Program-made: the position numbers and the translations under genes
The notes under the pieces: generated by a model
Told to the model about the DNA's origin: nothing
Database searches by the model: none
The model's input: the letters and a program-made list of their open reading frames with translations, nothing else
Assembly (NCBI GenBank): GCA_037444445.1
Contig: JBBIMK010000020.1
Span: 1-32,000, forward strand
Reading direction: 5' to 3'
Source: a bacterium
GTDB taxonomy: Bacteria > UBP7 > UBA6624 > JBBIMK01
DNA length: 32,000 nucleotides
Shown here: in pieces, positions 9,124 to 17,436 of the stretch
How positions within the stretch are numbered: the stretch's first letter is position 1
Layout: each line of letters opens with the position of its first letter

Positions 9124-9198
9124 GGGGATGTAGCTCAGCGGTAGAGCGTCTGCTTTGCACGCAGAAGGCCGCGGGTTCAAGTCCCGCCATCTCCACCA
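9124..9198 (+). tRNA. tRNA-Ala (anticodon UGC), CCA encoded
   Basis: Folded by hand: acceptor GGGGATG/CATCTCC with the G3:U70 Ala identity pair; D arm GCTC-AGCGGTA-GAGC; anticodon arm TCTGC-TTTGCAC-GCAGA (TGC at positions 34-36); T arm GCGGG-TTCAAGT-CCCGC; discriminator A plus CCA. Confidence 0.95.
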
Positions 9199-9209
9199 GA
9201 TTGAATGAG

Positions 9210-9234
9210 CCGCTTCGCACGGCGAGCGGTTTTG
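9210..9234 (+). terminator. Rho-independent terminator after tRNA-Ala
   Basis: The GC-rich hairpin CCGCT(T)CGC-acg-GCGAGCGG (one bulged T) is followed directly by TTTT (9230-9233). Confidence 0.6.
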
Positions 9235-9345
9235 AATATGCATCAAAAGGTCGATATTATACATTCAAAATTCGTATAAAATGAGTCAGGCGAAGTTGCG
9301 ACCCGTGTTGCGAAAATTTATTAAAGATTAAGGAGATGATAATTT

Positions 9346-9650
9346 ATGATGAACAAAAAAATTTTAGTCATACTCTTGGTTGCAAAAACAAAGTATCTTG
9401 GTTTTATGATTTTAGCATGAGAAATTGTTGGAACTGTTTTCATAACTGGGTGCACCAGGCCGCTACAGAACCCCAAGAATCAGAAGAAAAAGCAGATTTT
9501 CAAAAAATCGCTAACTGGCTGGCAATGAAAAGTAAAAAGATCTGCGATTTGGTGATGACTGCTTGGTTTACACTCGAAGAAGCCCCAAAAATCAAATCAG
9601 TAAACCCAAAAGCAAAACTTTTAGCCGGTCTTACGGTTAACTGGGTTTGA
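9346..9650 (+). pseudogene. Possible decayed lipoprotein-like gene (in-frame TGA plus a frame change)
   Basis: AAGGAG at 9330-9335 is well spaced for ATG 9346 but abuts the ORF-track ATG at 9336. Frame 1 reads MMNKKILVILLVAKTKYLGFMILA-TGA(9418)-EIVGTVFITGC (a lipobox-like ITGC at 9442-9453). The only long continuation (AATEPQESEEKADF..) is in frame 3. I recognise no family. Confidence 0.25.
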
Positions 9651-9715
9651 GACAATCAAGAATGGATGACATTTTTTACGACTGTGGCAAATTATGGTAA
9701 GGAAAGCCAGTAAAA

Positions 9716-9912
9716 ATGACTGTTGAAGGGATGATATGTTCTGGTTGCGAATTCAATGTTGAAAATGCGGTAAAGAAACTTGATGGCATAATACACAAGT
9801 GAGAGCAGACTATCAAAAAGGTGAGATTGTGCTAAATTTGAGAAGGGAAAGGAACCGTAGATAACATTGTAGAAGCGATAAATAGAACGGGTGACGGGCA
9901 ACCAAACCGTAA
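9716..9912 (+). pseudogene. CopZ-like heavy-metal-associated (HMA) domain gene remnant with at least three frame disruptions
   Basis: Frame 2 (9716-9799) gives MTVEGMICSGCEFNVENAVKKLDGIIHK, with the GMxCxxC metal-binding motif, then TGA. Frame 1 (9799-9840) gives VRADYQKGEIVLNL. Frame 2 (9842-9892) gives EGKGTVDNIVEAINRTG. Frame 1 (9895-9912) gives RATKP*. Joined, the pieces make a ~65-aa HMA fold consensus. Every piece falls below the ORF-track length cutoff. Confidence 0.6.
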
Positions 9913-10075
9913 GGTAAATATGGCACAACGGCGCATAACACAGTATAAAAGGTTTGTCCGTGAGATAGTCTGCGACATCTCTTGGGGTCACCTAAATTTT
10001 TGCTTCGCAAAAACTTCTCTTATGCCGGGAACATTATCTGCTCATTACGTGCAGGGAAAAGGAGGAAAATAAAAT

Positions 10076-11155
10076 ATGGAAGTCCGATTAATTGGGATAC
10101 TTCTTACAGCCTTTTTATTGGGTCCATGTAATATCAATTCAGCAGGGATCCGGAAGAGCATGCAAAACTTGAATGATAATGAAAAGGAAGCAATTCAGCC
10201 CACAAGCCAGAACCCCTTTGGGTTGATGTTGCCGTCGAAGCTTGTGCGCTCGTCCCGGGGGATGCAGATAGCCAAAGCGCTGGGGGCCGTGTATTTCCGG
10301 CCCGCTTCCATCTTCCTGGATCAATGGAGCGGGGTCTGTCCGGAGTGCGATATTGCACTGAATGCTGGTTTGCAACTTGTCCTGACCGTCCGCAACAACG
10401 ACCGGGGGCAAGCCACCTCCCCGCCCAGCGATCTCGCCACCTATCAACGCACACTGAGCCAGGTGCTGGACAAATACCGCCCGGCGGTGCTGGTGGTGGA
10501 GAACGAGGAGAACTCGGCTCTGTTCTACACCGGCACGCCAGAAGAATACGCCGCCGAGTTGAAGGCCGCCTGCCAGGTGGCGCGCCGGAAAGGCATCCCC
10601 TGCACCAACGGAGGGTTGGTGAGCACCTTGGTTGCCCTGTTGGTATACGACCATTACCTGTCCGGTGGGCAATCCGTGGCTGCCCAGGACTTCGCCGCTC
10701 GGGCTTTCTCGGCGAAACTGCGGCAACAACTGAACTTGCCCCAGGCTCAGAAGCAAATTGACAAGGGCAAAGCGCTCCTCACGGCTTACCGCACCGCCAG
10801 GGTGGACTATGTGAACTTCCACTGGTACATCGCCGATACGCGGGCGCTGGAGGAAGCTGTGGCTTATCTAAGGGCGCAGACAGGCCTGCCGGTCATCACC
10901 AATGAGGTCGGCCAGTTCACCGATGACCCCCACCAGACAACCACCGTTATGGGCAAGATCGTGGAGCTGGGCTTGCCCATTGCCGTGTGGTTCGGCCTGG
11001 ATGGACCGAAAGCGCGGGGATTGGTAAACCTGGATGGCAGCCTGAGGCCCACCGGAGAGGCGTTCAGACAGTTCATCGCACAACACTTCAGGTTGGCCCG
11101 TATTCGTATTGATGTTAAGGTTAACTCTCAATTAAAACCGAATGTTTTTAACTGA
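10076..11155 (+). CDS. Secreted clan GH-A-like TIM-barrel glycoside hydrolase
   Basis: GGAGG RBS precedes ATG 10076. The N-terminus is hydrophobic (MEVRLIGILLTAFLLGPC). 'AVLVVENEENSALFY' is a candidate acid/base NE and 'LPVITNEVGQF' a candidate nucleophile. GC is high from ~10200 onward. Confidence 0.7.
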   Translation: MEVRLIGILLTAFLLGPCNINSAGIRKSMQNLNDNEKEAIQPTSQNPFGLMLPSKLVRSSRGMQIAKALGAVYFRPASIFLDQWSGVCPECDIALNAGLQLVLTVRNNDRGQATSPPSDLATYQRTLSQVLDKYRPAVLVVENEENSALFYTGTPEEYAAELKAACQVARRKGIPCTNGGLVSTLVALLVYDHYLSGGQSVAAQDFAARAFSAKLRQQLNLPQAQKQIDKGKALLTAYRTARVDYVNFHWYIADTRALEEAVAYLRAQTGLPVITNEVGQFTDDPHQTTTVMGKIVELGLPIAVWFGLDGPKARGLVNLDGSLRPTGEAFRQFIAQHFRLARIRIDVKVNSQLKPNVFN

Positions 11156-11219
11156 GGTGCGTTTTTAAACAAAAGAAAAGCAGATTCTTCCCATGGAAAA
11201 ATGTTTATGTTCAGGCGGA

Positions 11220-12557
11220 TTAGAAGAGGGTGGCGGAAGTGAAAGTGAAAGAGTCAATTTTCACAGCGGGGGCGAAGGCTTTATACCATTCCTCACCCAC
11301 GCCGTAGGCTTCACGGGAAACCATGGAAAGATTTCGGAAAGCATCTATGATGTTCTGGGTAAAGCGGAGATTTTTCACGCCGTGGGTAATTTGCCCGTTT
11401 TCAATCCAGAAAGTGCCATCCCGGGTCATGCCAGTGAGGATGAATTTTCGCGGGTCAACGGTGTTGGTGTAATGGAAACGGGTAATCCATAAGCCTTTTT
11501 GAACAGATTGAAGCATTTCAGACTTCGGGGTATCGCCCGGAAGAAAAATCATGTTCAGGGGGACGGGACCCCAGGTATTAGGAGGTGGAAGAGCGTGTCC
11601 GGTCGTTTTTTTTCCCTCTCTAAAGGCGGTAATGGAATCGTAAACCAGGTTTCTGGCTACACCTTTTTCTATCAGGATGACCTTTTGACGGGGTGCGCCT
11701 TCATAGTCAAAGGGTATGCCGATATTTTCTTCCCGGGTGTAATCATCCACGATATTGACGAGAGGGGAAAAAATTTGTTCACCGAGACGGTCAGTGAGGA
11801 ATCCTCTTTTTTCTTGAACAGCGCGGGCGTTAAACCCATAAAAAGCCAGGTAGGTGAGAATGTCCACCACGGCAGGTGTATCCAGGATGACGGGATATTC
11901 TCCGGGCTGGAGTTCACGGGGATTTGCCCCCTGGAGTGTTTTTTGAACGGCTTCCTGTGCGATTTCCTCAAAGTGAATATCCTGAAGACGATGAGAAAAA
12001 CGGGAAACATACCCGGAGGATGTTTCTCCGAATGTGATGAGTTCTGCATTCACGAGGGAGGAGCAGGCGGAGAGGCAAGCACCCCTGGAGTTACCGTAAG
12101 AAACAGTAGAGGAAGAGGCGGAAACATAGCCAGCGCAGGACAGACGACTGGCTCTGGCAATTTTCACGAAGGTTTTCACAGCGTCAGCGCGTTTTCCTGG
12201 TGTGAAACTTTCTACATCCGGGGAATAAGGTTCAAATGCAGGAACGGGCTCCGGAGGCAGAAGGCCGGGGAAATCTGGATTTTCTGGAGCATAATGGGCG
12301 AGGTCCATAGATTTTGAGACGACTTCTTTCAATCCAGCGGGGGTCAGGTCGTTGGTGGATGCGACGCCCATTCGCTTTCCACATATCGTTTGAACACGGA
12401 CTGTGGTGTTACGCTCTTCCACATTTTGATGAATTTCTGAATTAGCGAAGCGAGTTAATGCAAGGTCTTCGGATATAAGAATCACAGCGGTTTCGTCAGC
12501 GGTAGAAAAGTTCAAGACCGTATCCAGAGTTTGATAGATTTTTTTCCGTTCTAACAT
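11220..12557 (-). CDS. pmbA: PmbA/TldE-family metalloprotease subunit
   Basis: 445 aa with TldD/PmbA family architecture, lacking the HExxxH motif. It sits 20 nt downstream of tldD on the same strand. Confidence 0.85.
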   Translation of the reverse strand: MLERKKIYQTLDTVLNFSTADETAVILISEDLALTRFANSEIHQNVEERNTTVRVQTICGKRMGVASTNDLTPAGLKEVVSKSMDLAHYAPENPDFPGLLPPEPVPAFEPYSPDVESFTPGKRADAVKTFVKIARASRLSCAGYVSASSSTVSYGNSRGACLSACSSLVNAELITFGETSSGYVSRFSHRLQDIHFEEIAQEAVQKTLQGANPRELQPGEYPVILDTPAVVDILTYLAFYGFNARAVQEKRGFLTDRLGEQIFSPLVNIVDDYTREENIGIPFDYEGAPRQKVILIEKGVARNLVYDSITAFREGKKTTGHALPPPNTWGPVPLNMIFLPGDTPKSEMLQSVQKGLWITRFHYTNTVDPRKFILTGMTRDGTFWIENGQITHGVKNLRFTQNIIDAFRNLSMVSREAYGVGEEWYKAFAPAVKIDSFTFTSATLF

Positions 12558-12577
12558 GAGAACCTCACTCTCCTCAC

Positions 12578-14020
12578 TTATTTTGAAGAAGTAACCTGAA
12601 CATTTCGGAAGCGGGCCACGGGAGCACCATGCGAAACATGGGCAGATTGCATGGGTTGACCCTTCCCGCAGGTGGGAATGCCCCAGAGTTGCCAGGTGGA
12701 GGCATCCCCTACCCCATCCATACTGCCCCAGAACCGGGGGGTGATACCGGAGTATAGAGGGTTTTTCAGCAGGCGACCCAGTTTCCCATGGTTGATTTCT
12801 CTGGCGTATTCTGTGGCAAACTGGAAATTCAGGCGCCGGTCATCTATGCTCCAGGATTTGTTGGTTTCCATATAGATTCCTTTCTGAACATCGGAAAGGA
12901 GTGAGTCCAGAGAAAGGGGGCCGGGCTCCAGGCTCACATTGGTCATTCGGACCAAAGGAATGCGGTTCCAGCCATCGGCGCGCATAGCGCCGGTGCTTCG
13001 CATACCGATTTTCACAGCAGTTTCGCGGGAACTGAGAGCGTTCATTAGAATTCCATTTTGAACCAAATACACTTTTTGTGCAGGGACGCCCTCATCGTCA
13101 AATCCATAAGTTCCGAGACCTCGGGGTAAGGTGGAATCGGAGATGATATTCATCCATTCCGAGCCATAGCGTAAGGAATGGAAATCTGTGGGTTTTACCC
13201 AGGAGCCTCCAGCAAAGGAAATTTCGGTTCCAAAGATGCGGTCCAGTTCGGTGGCATGACCCACAGATTCGTGAATTTGAAGGGCTAACTGAGAAGAACC
13301 GAGGACGAGAGTGGTGGTGAGGGTCGGACAGGGGTCTGCTGAGAGAAGTGCCACCGCTTCTTCAGCAATCCGAGAGGCATTCTCCACCAGGGAGAGTTCG
13401 TGGATGAACTCAAAGCCCGCGGTGGCTACATTGCCACCGTGATACGATGGGTAACTGCGTCTCTGAAGTTCACCGTTTTTTAGAGCGTAGCAGGCAATTT
13501 CTCCACCGCTTTCAAGAATTTTCTGGCGGACGAATCCACTCTGATTGCTGGCGAAACAGATTTCTTTCTCCCAGAAACGGAGGGCACCTTCTGTGAGATA
13601 AATCCCATTTACCTTTGCCATCCGAGCGTGGGCTTCCTCCAGGAAATACACCTTTTCATCCAGAGGGATTGAAAAAGGATGGATTCGGTAAGGGGTCTGA
13701 TAATCTTGAGTTGCCAGAGGAGAATCATCCAGCGTGACCGGGGATTGCTGAACTTTCCGGCTGGCACGGGCAATCTTCACGGCGTTCCGAATGGTTTGTA
13801 CCACCCGGGACCGGGAGAGTTCTGGACTGCAAGAAAACCCCCACGACCCCTGAAGTAGCACACGAACGCCGAATCCCTCTGAATGCGTGCGCTCCACCGC
13901 CTCCACTTTCCCTTGCTTCGTTTCCACACCCTCAAATTGTTCCCTCTGATACCGAAAGTCAACATAGGTGGCTCCCTGACGCTCTGCCTCCTCTATAGCT
14001 ACACGGGCTAAATCTTCCAT
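12578..14020 (-). CDS. tldD: TldD metalloprotease
   Basis: 480 aa. The TldD zinc motif HESVGH is present in 'QIHESVGHATELDRIFG'. AAGGAGG lies 10 nt upstream of ATG 14020. Confidence 0.9.
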   Translation of the reverse strand: MEDLARVAIEEAERQGATYVDFRYQREQFEGVETKQGKVEAVERTHSEGFGVRVLLQGSWGFSCSPELSRSRVVQTIRNAVKIARASRKVQQSPVTLDDSPLATQDYQTPYRIHPFSIPLDEKVYFLEEAHARMAKVNGIYLTEGALRFWEKEICFASNQSGFVRQKILESGGEIACYALKNGELQRRSYPSYHGGNVATAGFEFIHELSLVENASRIAEEAVALLSADPCPTLTTTLVLGSSQLALQIHESVGHATELDRIFGTEISFAGGSWVKPTDFHSLRYGSEWMNIISDSTLPRGLGTYGFDDEGVPAQKVYLVQNGILMNALSSRETAVKIGMRSTGAMRADGWNRIPLVRMTNVSLEPGPLSLDSLLSDVQKGIYMETNKSWSIDDRRLNFQFATEYAREINHGKLGRLLKNPLYSGITPRFWGSMDGVGDASTWQLWGIPTCGKGQPMQSAHVSHGAPVARFRNVQVTSSK

Positions 14021-14829
14021 GATTCACTGACCTCCTTAGGTGGTGGAAATTCCTCCCTTTCATCTCCCATGGGTTTTTGCCAGGGTTTTTCTTGATGATA
14101 AATGTATAAACTGACTCCCTGTGATAGATTGTGTCGGAGGAATTCCTTGATGGTTTCTACCTGTGTTTCATCATGATGGATTTGAATTCGCCTCCCGGTT
14201 GGGAGAAAAAATTGATGAATGATGATGTCACCGGCGAAAATAAAAAGATTTTTGTCCTCCACAGGAGCGAATAATCTCTTTTGCCGGTGGTGAACAATTA
14301 CCATCTGATGACCTGGAGTGTGGCCCCCGGTGGGAAGCAGAGTGATGGAAGAAGTGAGGTGAACTCTTCCATGACCCCAGGAGATGGCAGGATGGTGAGA
14401 AAGAAACTCATAAATTTTTTTATGGGGATAAATGAAAGAAGGGGTGGATTTTTTCACAGAAGCGGTTTTTTCAAGAGCATATTGAATCTCTTGCTTCTGG
14501 ATGTAATGAGTGGCTCTGGAAAATACGAGGCGGTGAGGAGTGGAAAGCCAGCCGATGTGGTCGAAATGAAGATGAGAAAGGATAACTGCATCTATCTTTT
14601 CCGGCGTGAGTCCATAAAGCAGGAGATTTTCCAGCAAGTCTTCCTGGCGTTGAACTTGAAAGGTATTCAGAATTTCTGAAGGCACCTGTGGACCCAATCC
14701 CGCATCCACCAGGAAGTTTCCATCTACAGAGCGGATGAGAAGGGGGTGAATAAAAACGCTTCTATCCGATGTTTTCAACGCACCATCGGTTAACTCAATA
14801 AAATCTCCCACAGTGGTGAGCCAGTGCAC
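14008..14829 (-). CDS. MBL-fold metallo-hydrolase (lactonase-like HxHxDH)
   Basis: 'AVILSHLHFDHIGW' carries the HxHxDH motif, with downstream His residues ('GGHTPGH'). Its 3' end overlaps the tldD start by 13 nt. Confidence 0.8.
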   Translation of the reverse strand: MHWLTTVGDFIELTDGALKTSDRSVFIHPLLIRSVDGNFLVDAGLGPQVPSEILNTFQVQRQEDLLENLLLYGLTPEKIDAVILSHLHFDHIGWLSTPHRLVFSRATHYIQKQEIQYALEKTASVKKSTPSFIYPHKKIYEFLSHHPAISWGHGRVHLTSSITLLPTGGHTPGHQMVIVHHRQKRLFAPVEDKNLFIFAGDIIIHQFFLPTGRRIQIHHDETQVETIKEFLRHNLSQGVSLYIYHQEKPWQKPMGDEREEFPPPKEVSESWKI

Positions 14830-14842
14830 TATTATAATTTTA

Positions 14843-16147
14843 TCACGGCAACGGGTTGTCCCTCAGAATATCCACTGGAAGGGGAGTGAAGGGGGGAACA
14901 ACTTTAGGACGAAGGGCTTTCATGTGTTTAACAAAAGCAAAAACGGCGTAGGGGTCAGACGGATACCGGTTTGAAATTCCCAGGGGATGAACTTTTCCGT
15001 GAGCCGAAAGAAGATGAAGCCAATCTTTCAGGGGGACCGTGTCAGGAGAACGGGCAAATGACGGCACTAAAGCAAGATAAATCGTCTGGAATGAGAGCCC
15101 CTCCAAAAAATGAGTTAAAAAGTTATAACTGTCTGTGCAGTTGAAAGGGAGCCATAGGCCGGGTGTCCGGGAGGCACGATTGGTGTAAGGGTCTATATAG
15201 GTAAAGCAATCTATGAGGATATTCTGGGAGGAGAAGAGGCGGGTATAAAGGAAATAGACGAGCACGCTTAAAGGTTCTAAAGAGGGATGAGAAAGGTTCA
15301 CCAGTGGGATGTGGTGCCGGGAAGCGAATTGGTGAGTGTCTTCTACAAAGGCAGTTGGAGTGCCCCATTCAGACTCCGGTCCTTCTTCCACGGGATAGAG
15401 CAGTGGATACTCTTTCAAAAAGGTATCCGGTGAAATCCCACCCAATCCTCCGATTTGAAAAATGAGGTTATCCGCGATTCGGTAATATCTCCAGAGATAA
15501 TGGATGTTAAGCAGGATCAGGCTTCCCTTCGGGGCAAGGTGAGAACGGATGAAATTCTGATATGCACCGGGTAAACGGGAAAATTTCAGGCGAAGATGAG
15601 TGAGATACTTTACGAGGAAAGCATCGTGGACGGGGTCAAAGTGAAGGACGATTTCCACATTGGAATGATTTTTCAAAATCTGGTCAGCCCACTGGCTACC
15701 CAATCGGAGGACTTCCTGAACAGCGGATAACGGTTTGTGATGCTGAATGCTCAGGAGGAAATGGGTGGTGAGGAGAGGCGCAGAGAGGAGAGCGGACAAG
15801 TGTGCGGCGGCACCCGAAGGCGCACCGACCAGTATCGCCGGATAAAGCCGGGCTGGATACTGAGACACGCACCATTCTGCAAAATTTTCCGCATTCACTT
15901 TTGGAATCACTGCAGGAGGAAGCCCCCGCCCTGAAACTCCCAGTTCTATACCCCGAATGCGATAGGCTTCAGGGAAACAGGAGAGAAGTTTCAACAGAGG
16001 GGCGGTGCCTGAAGGATAGGCTTCACTAACCCGGAAGGATTCTCCTCGCAGGGCTGAGGCAGAGGCTTTGACAGCGATAAGAGAAGAATCCAGAGGCTCT
16101 AAATACTTTTCAATATCTGAACTTTCCGCTTTCATGGCAGGGTTCAT
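14843..16147 (-). CDS. Hypothetical protein (434 aa, soluble, no family recognised)
   Basis: This long ORF sits 12-13 nt from both neighbours in the same operon. It has normal amino-acid composition and no TM helices or signal peptide. I could not assign any motif. Confidence 0.6.
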   Translation of the reverse strand: MNPAMKAESSDIEKYLEPLDSSLIAVKASASALRGESFRVSEAYPSGTAPLLKLLSCFPEAYRIRGIELGVSGRGLPPAVIPKVNAENFAEWCVSQYPARLYPAILVGAPSGAAAHLSALLSAPLLTTHFLLSIQHHKPLSAVQEVLRLGSQWADQILKNHSNVEIVLHFDPVHDAFLVKYLTHLRLKFSRLPGAYQNFIRSHLAPKGSLILLNIHYLWRYYRIADNLIFQIGGLGGISPDTFLKEYPLLYPVEEGPESEWGTPTAFVEDTHQFASRHHIPLVNLSHPSLEPLSVLVYFLYTRLFSSQNILIDCFTYIDPYTNRASRTPGLWLPFNCTDSYNFLTHFLEGLSFQTIYLALVPSFARSPDTVPLKDWLHLLSAHGKVHPLGISNRYPSDPYAVFAFVKHMKALRPKVVPPFTPLPVDILRDNPLP

Positions 16148-16159
16148 GGCGTCGGATGG

Positions 16160-17374
16160 TCAGGCGCAGAACCGATTCAATTTTCCAGCGTGTGCCAGGA
16201 GCACCGTCATCAGTTCAGGCCCCCGAAGGTGTCCCAGTCCACCCCATAGACAGGCAGATTCAGAGAAGTGAAGGGTAGAATCGCGGCGGGCATTTTTTGC
16301 CCACAGCAGCACAGGCACAGGGTGCCAGGAATGAGATTTCATAAGAGCAGGCGTAGAATGGTCGCCCGTAATTACCATCACATCCGGTTGTTTTTGCAAG
16401 ATAGCCGGTAGAAGAGCATCTATTTTTTCAATTTCCTGAACTTTTCTGGCAAAGTTTCCGTCCTCGCCATAAGAGTCCGTTTTCTTAAAGTGGAGATAAA
16501 AAAAATCGTATGATGGAGAATCCCAGGCAGATTGGAATGCTCGGATTTCGTCCTCCGGAGCTTCTCCATCCACGGGAATGCATTTCATGCCCACCAGCTG
16601 AGCAATTCCCCTGTAAGCAGGATAAATAGCGATGGCGGCTGGCGTCAGGTGGAAAAGTTCCTTCATGCCCGGGATGCGGGGCAGGTTATCTATTCCCCGG
16701 AGCAGGATAAAATTGGCAGGATGCTCTCCCTTCAGGATTTCCTGACAGGAAGAAACGAAAGAATTCACAACCCGCGCGGCTTTTTCACCCTCGGGTGTTA
16801 GAGGATAGGAAGGGAGGAAAGGTTTCATGGTTTCCTGCGGGTCCGTGTCCGTTAAAGGACCATTTAGGTTATCACCGTGAAAAATGGCGCAAAAGCGGTG
16901 CTCATATCCGGAGAGTAGACTGATTTTCACATCTTGAATTTGAGGAATGCTGGAAGAAATTTTGGTGAGGAGTTGTCGGTTCAACTCCGTGGAAATGCGC
17001 CCCGCGCGGCGGTCTGTTACAAGATTATTGGGTCCCAGAGTACAAAAGTTGCCTCGGGCGTATAAATCTCCCCTTTGGGGAAGGTATCCCAGACCGAGGG
17101 CTTCCACGGGTCCACGCAGGATGCGATATGAAAATGGGTCATAGCCGAAGAGAGATAGGTGGCCTGAAATACTACCGGGGGTAATGCCCGGTGCCACAGG
17201 TTCCCAGAGTCCACATACCCCTTCTCTTGCCAGTTGGTCCATATGGGGTTTCCGGGCAGATTCCAGTTCTGTTTTCCCGGCACCGCCTAACCCTCCTACT
17301 CCATCCAGAACGACCAGAACAATGCGAGCGGGTGTCTTTTTCACCAGGTTCCGGAGAATTTCCATCCCACCCAT
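16160..17374 (-). CDS. apgM: Cofactor-independent phosphoglycerate mutase, archaeal type (ApgM / alkaline-phosphatase superfamily)
   Basis: 'RIVLVVLDGVGG', 'KPHMDQLAREG' and 'PGSISGHLSLFGYDP', together with the ~400-aa length, are typical of the ApgM/COG3635 family. Confidence 0.8.
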   Translation of the reverse strand: MGGMEILRNLVKKTPARIVLVVLDGVGGLGGAGKTELESARKPHMDQLAREGVCGLWEPVAPGITPGSISGHLSLFGYDPFSYRILRGPVEALGLGYLPQRGDLYARGNFCTLGPNNLVTDRRAGRISTELNRQLLTKISSSIPQIQDVKISLLSGYEHRFCAIFHGDNLNGPLTDTDPQETMKPFLPSYPLTPEGEKAARVVNSFVSSCQEILKGEHPANFILLRGIDNLPRIPGMKELFHLTPAAIAIYPAYRGIAQLVGMKCIPVDGEAPEDEIRAFQSAWDSPSYDFFYLHFKKTDSYGEDGNFARKVQEIEKIDALLPAILQKQPDVMVITGDHSTPALMKSHSWHPVPVLLWAKNARRDSTLHFSESACLWGGLGHLRGPELMTVLLAHAGKLNRFCA

Positions 17375-17436
17375 TCATTATACCTGAAACCGTATTTTCA
17401 TAGTAAGATAAAATCAGGTGATAGGGGGTGGAGAAA

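Noticed and set aside
11499-12317. 272-aa plus-strand ORF, with a 125-aa minus-strand ORF at 11672-12049.
   Set aside because: The plus-strand ORF is antisense to the well-supported pmbA frame, and the minus-strand ORF is out of frame within it. Neither has a recognisable motif or an RBS context.
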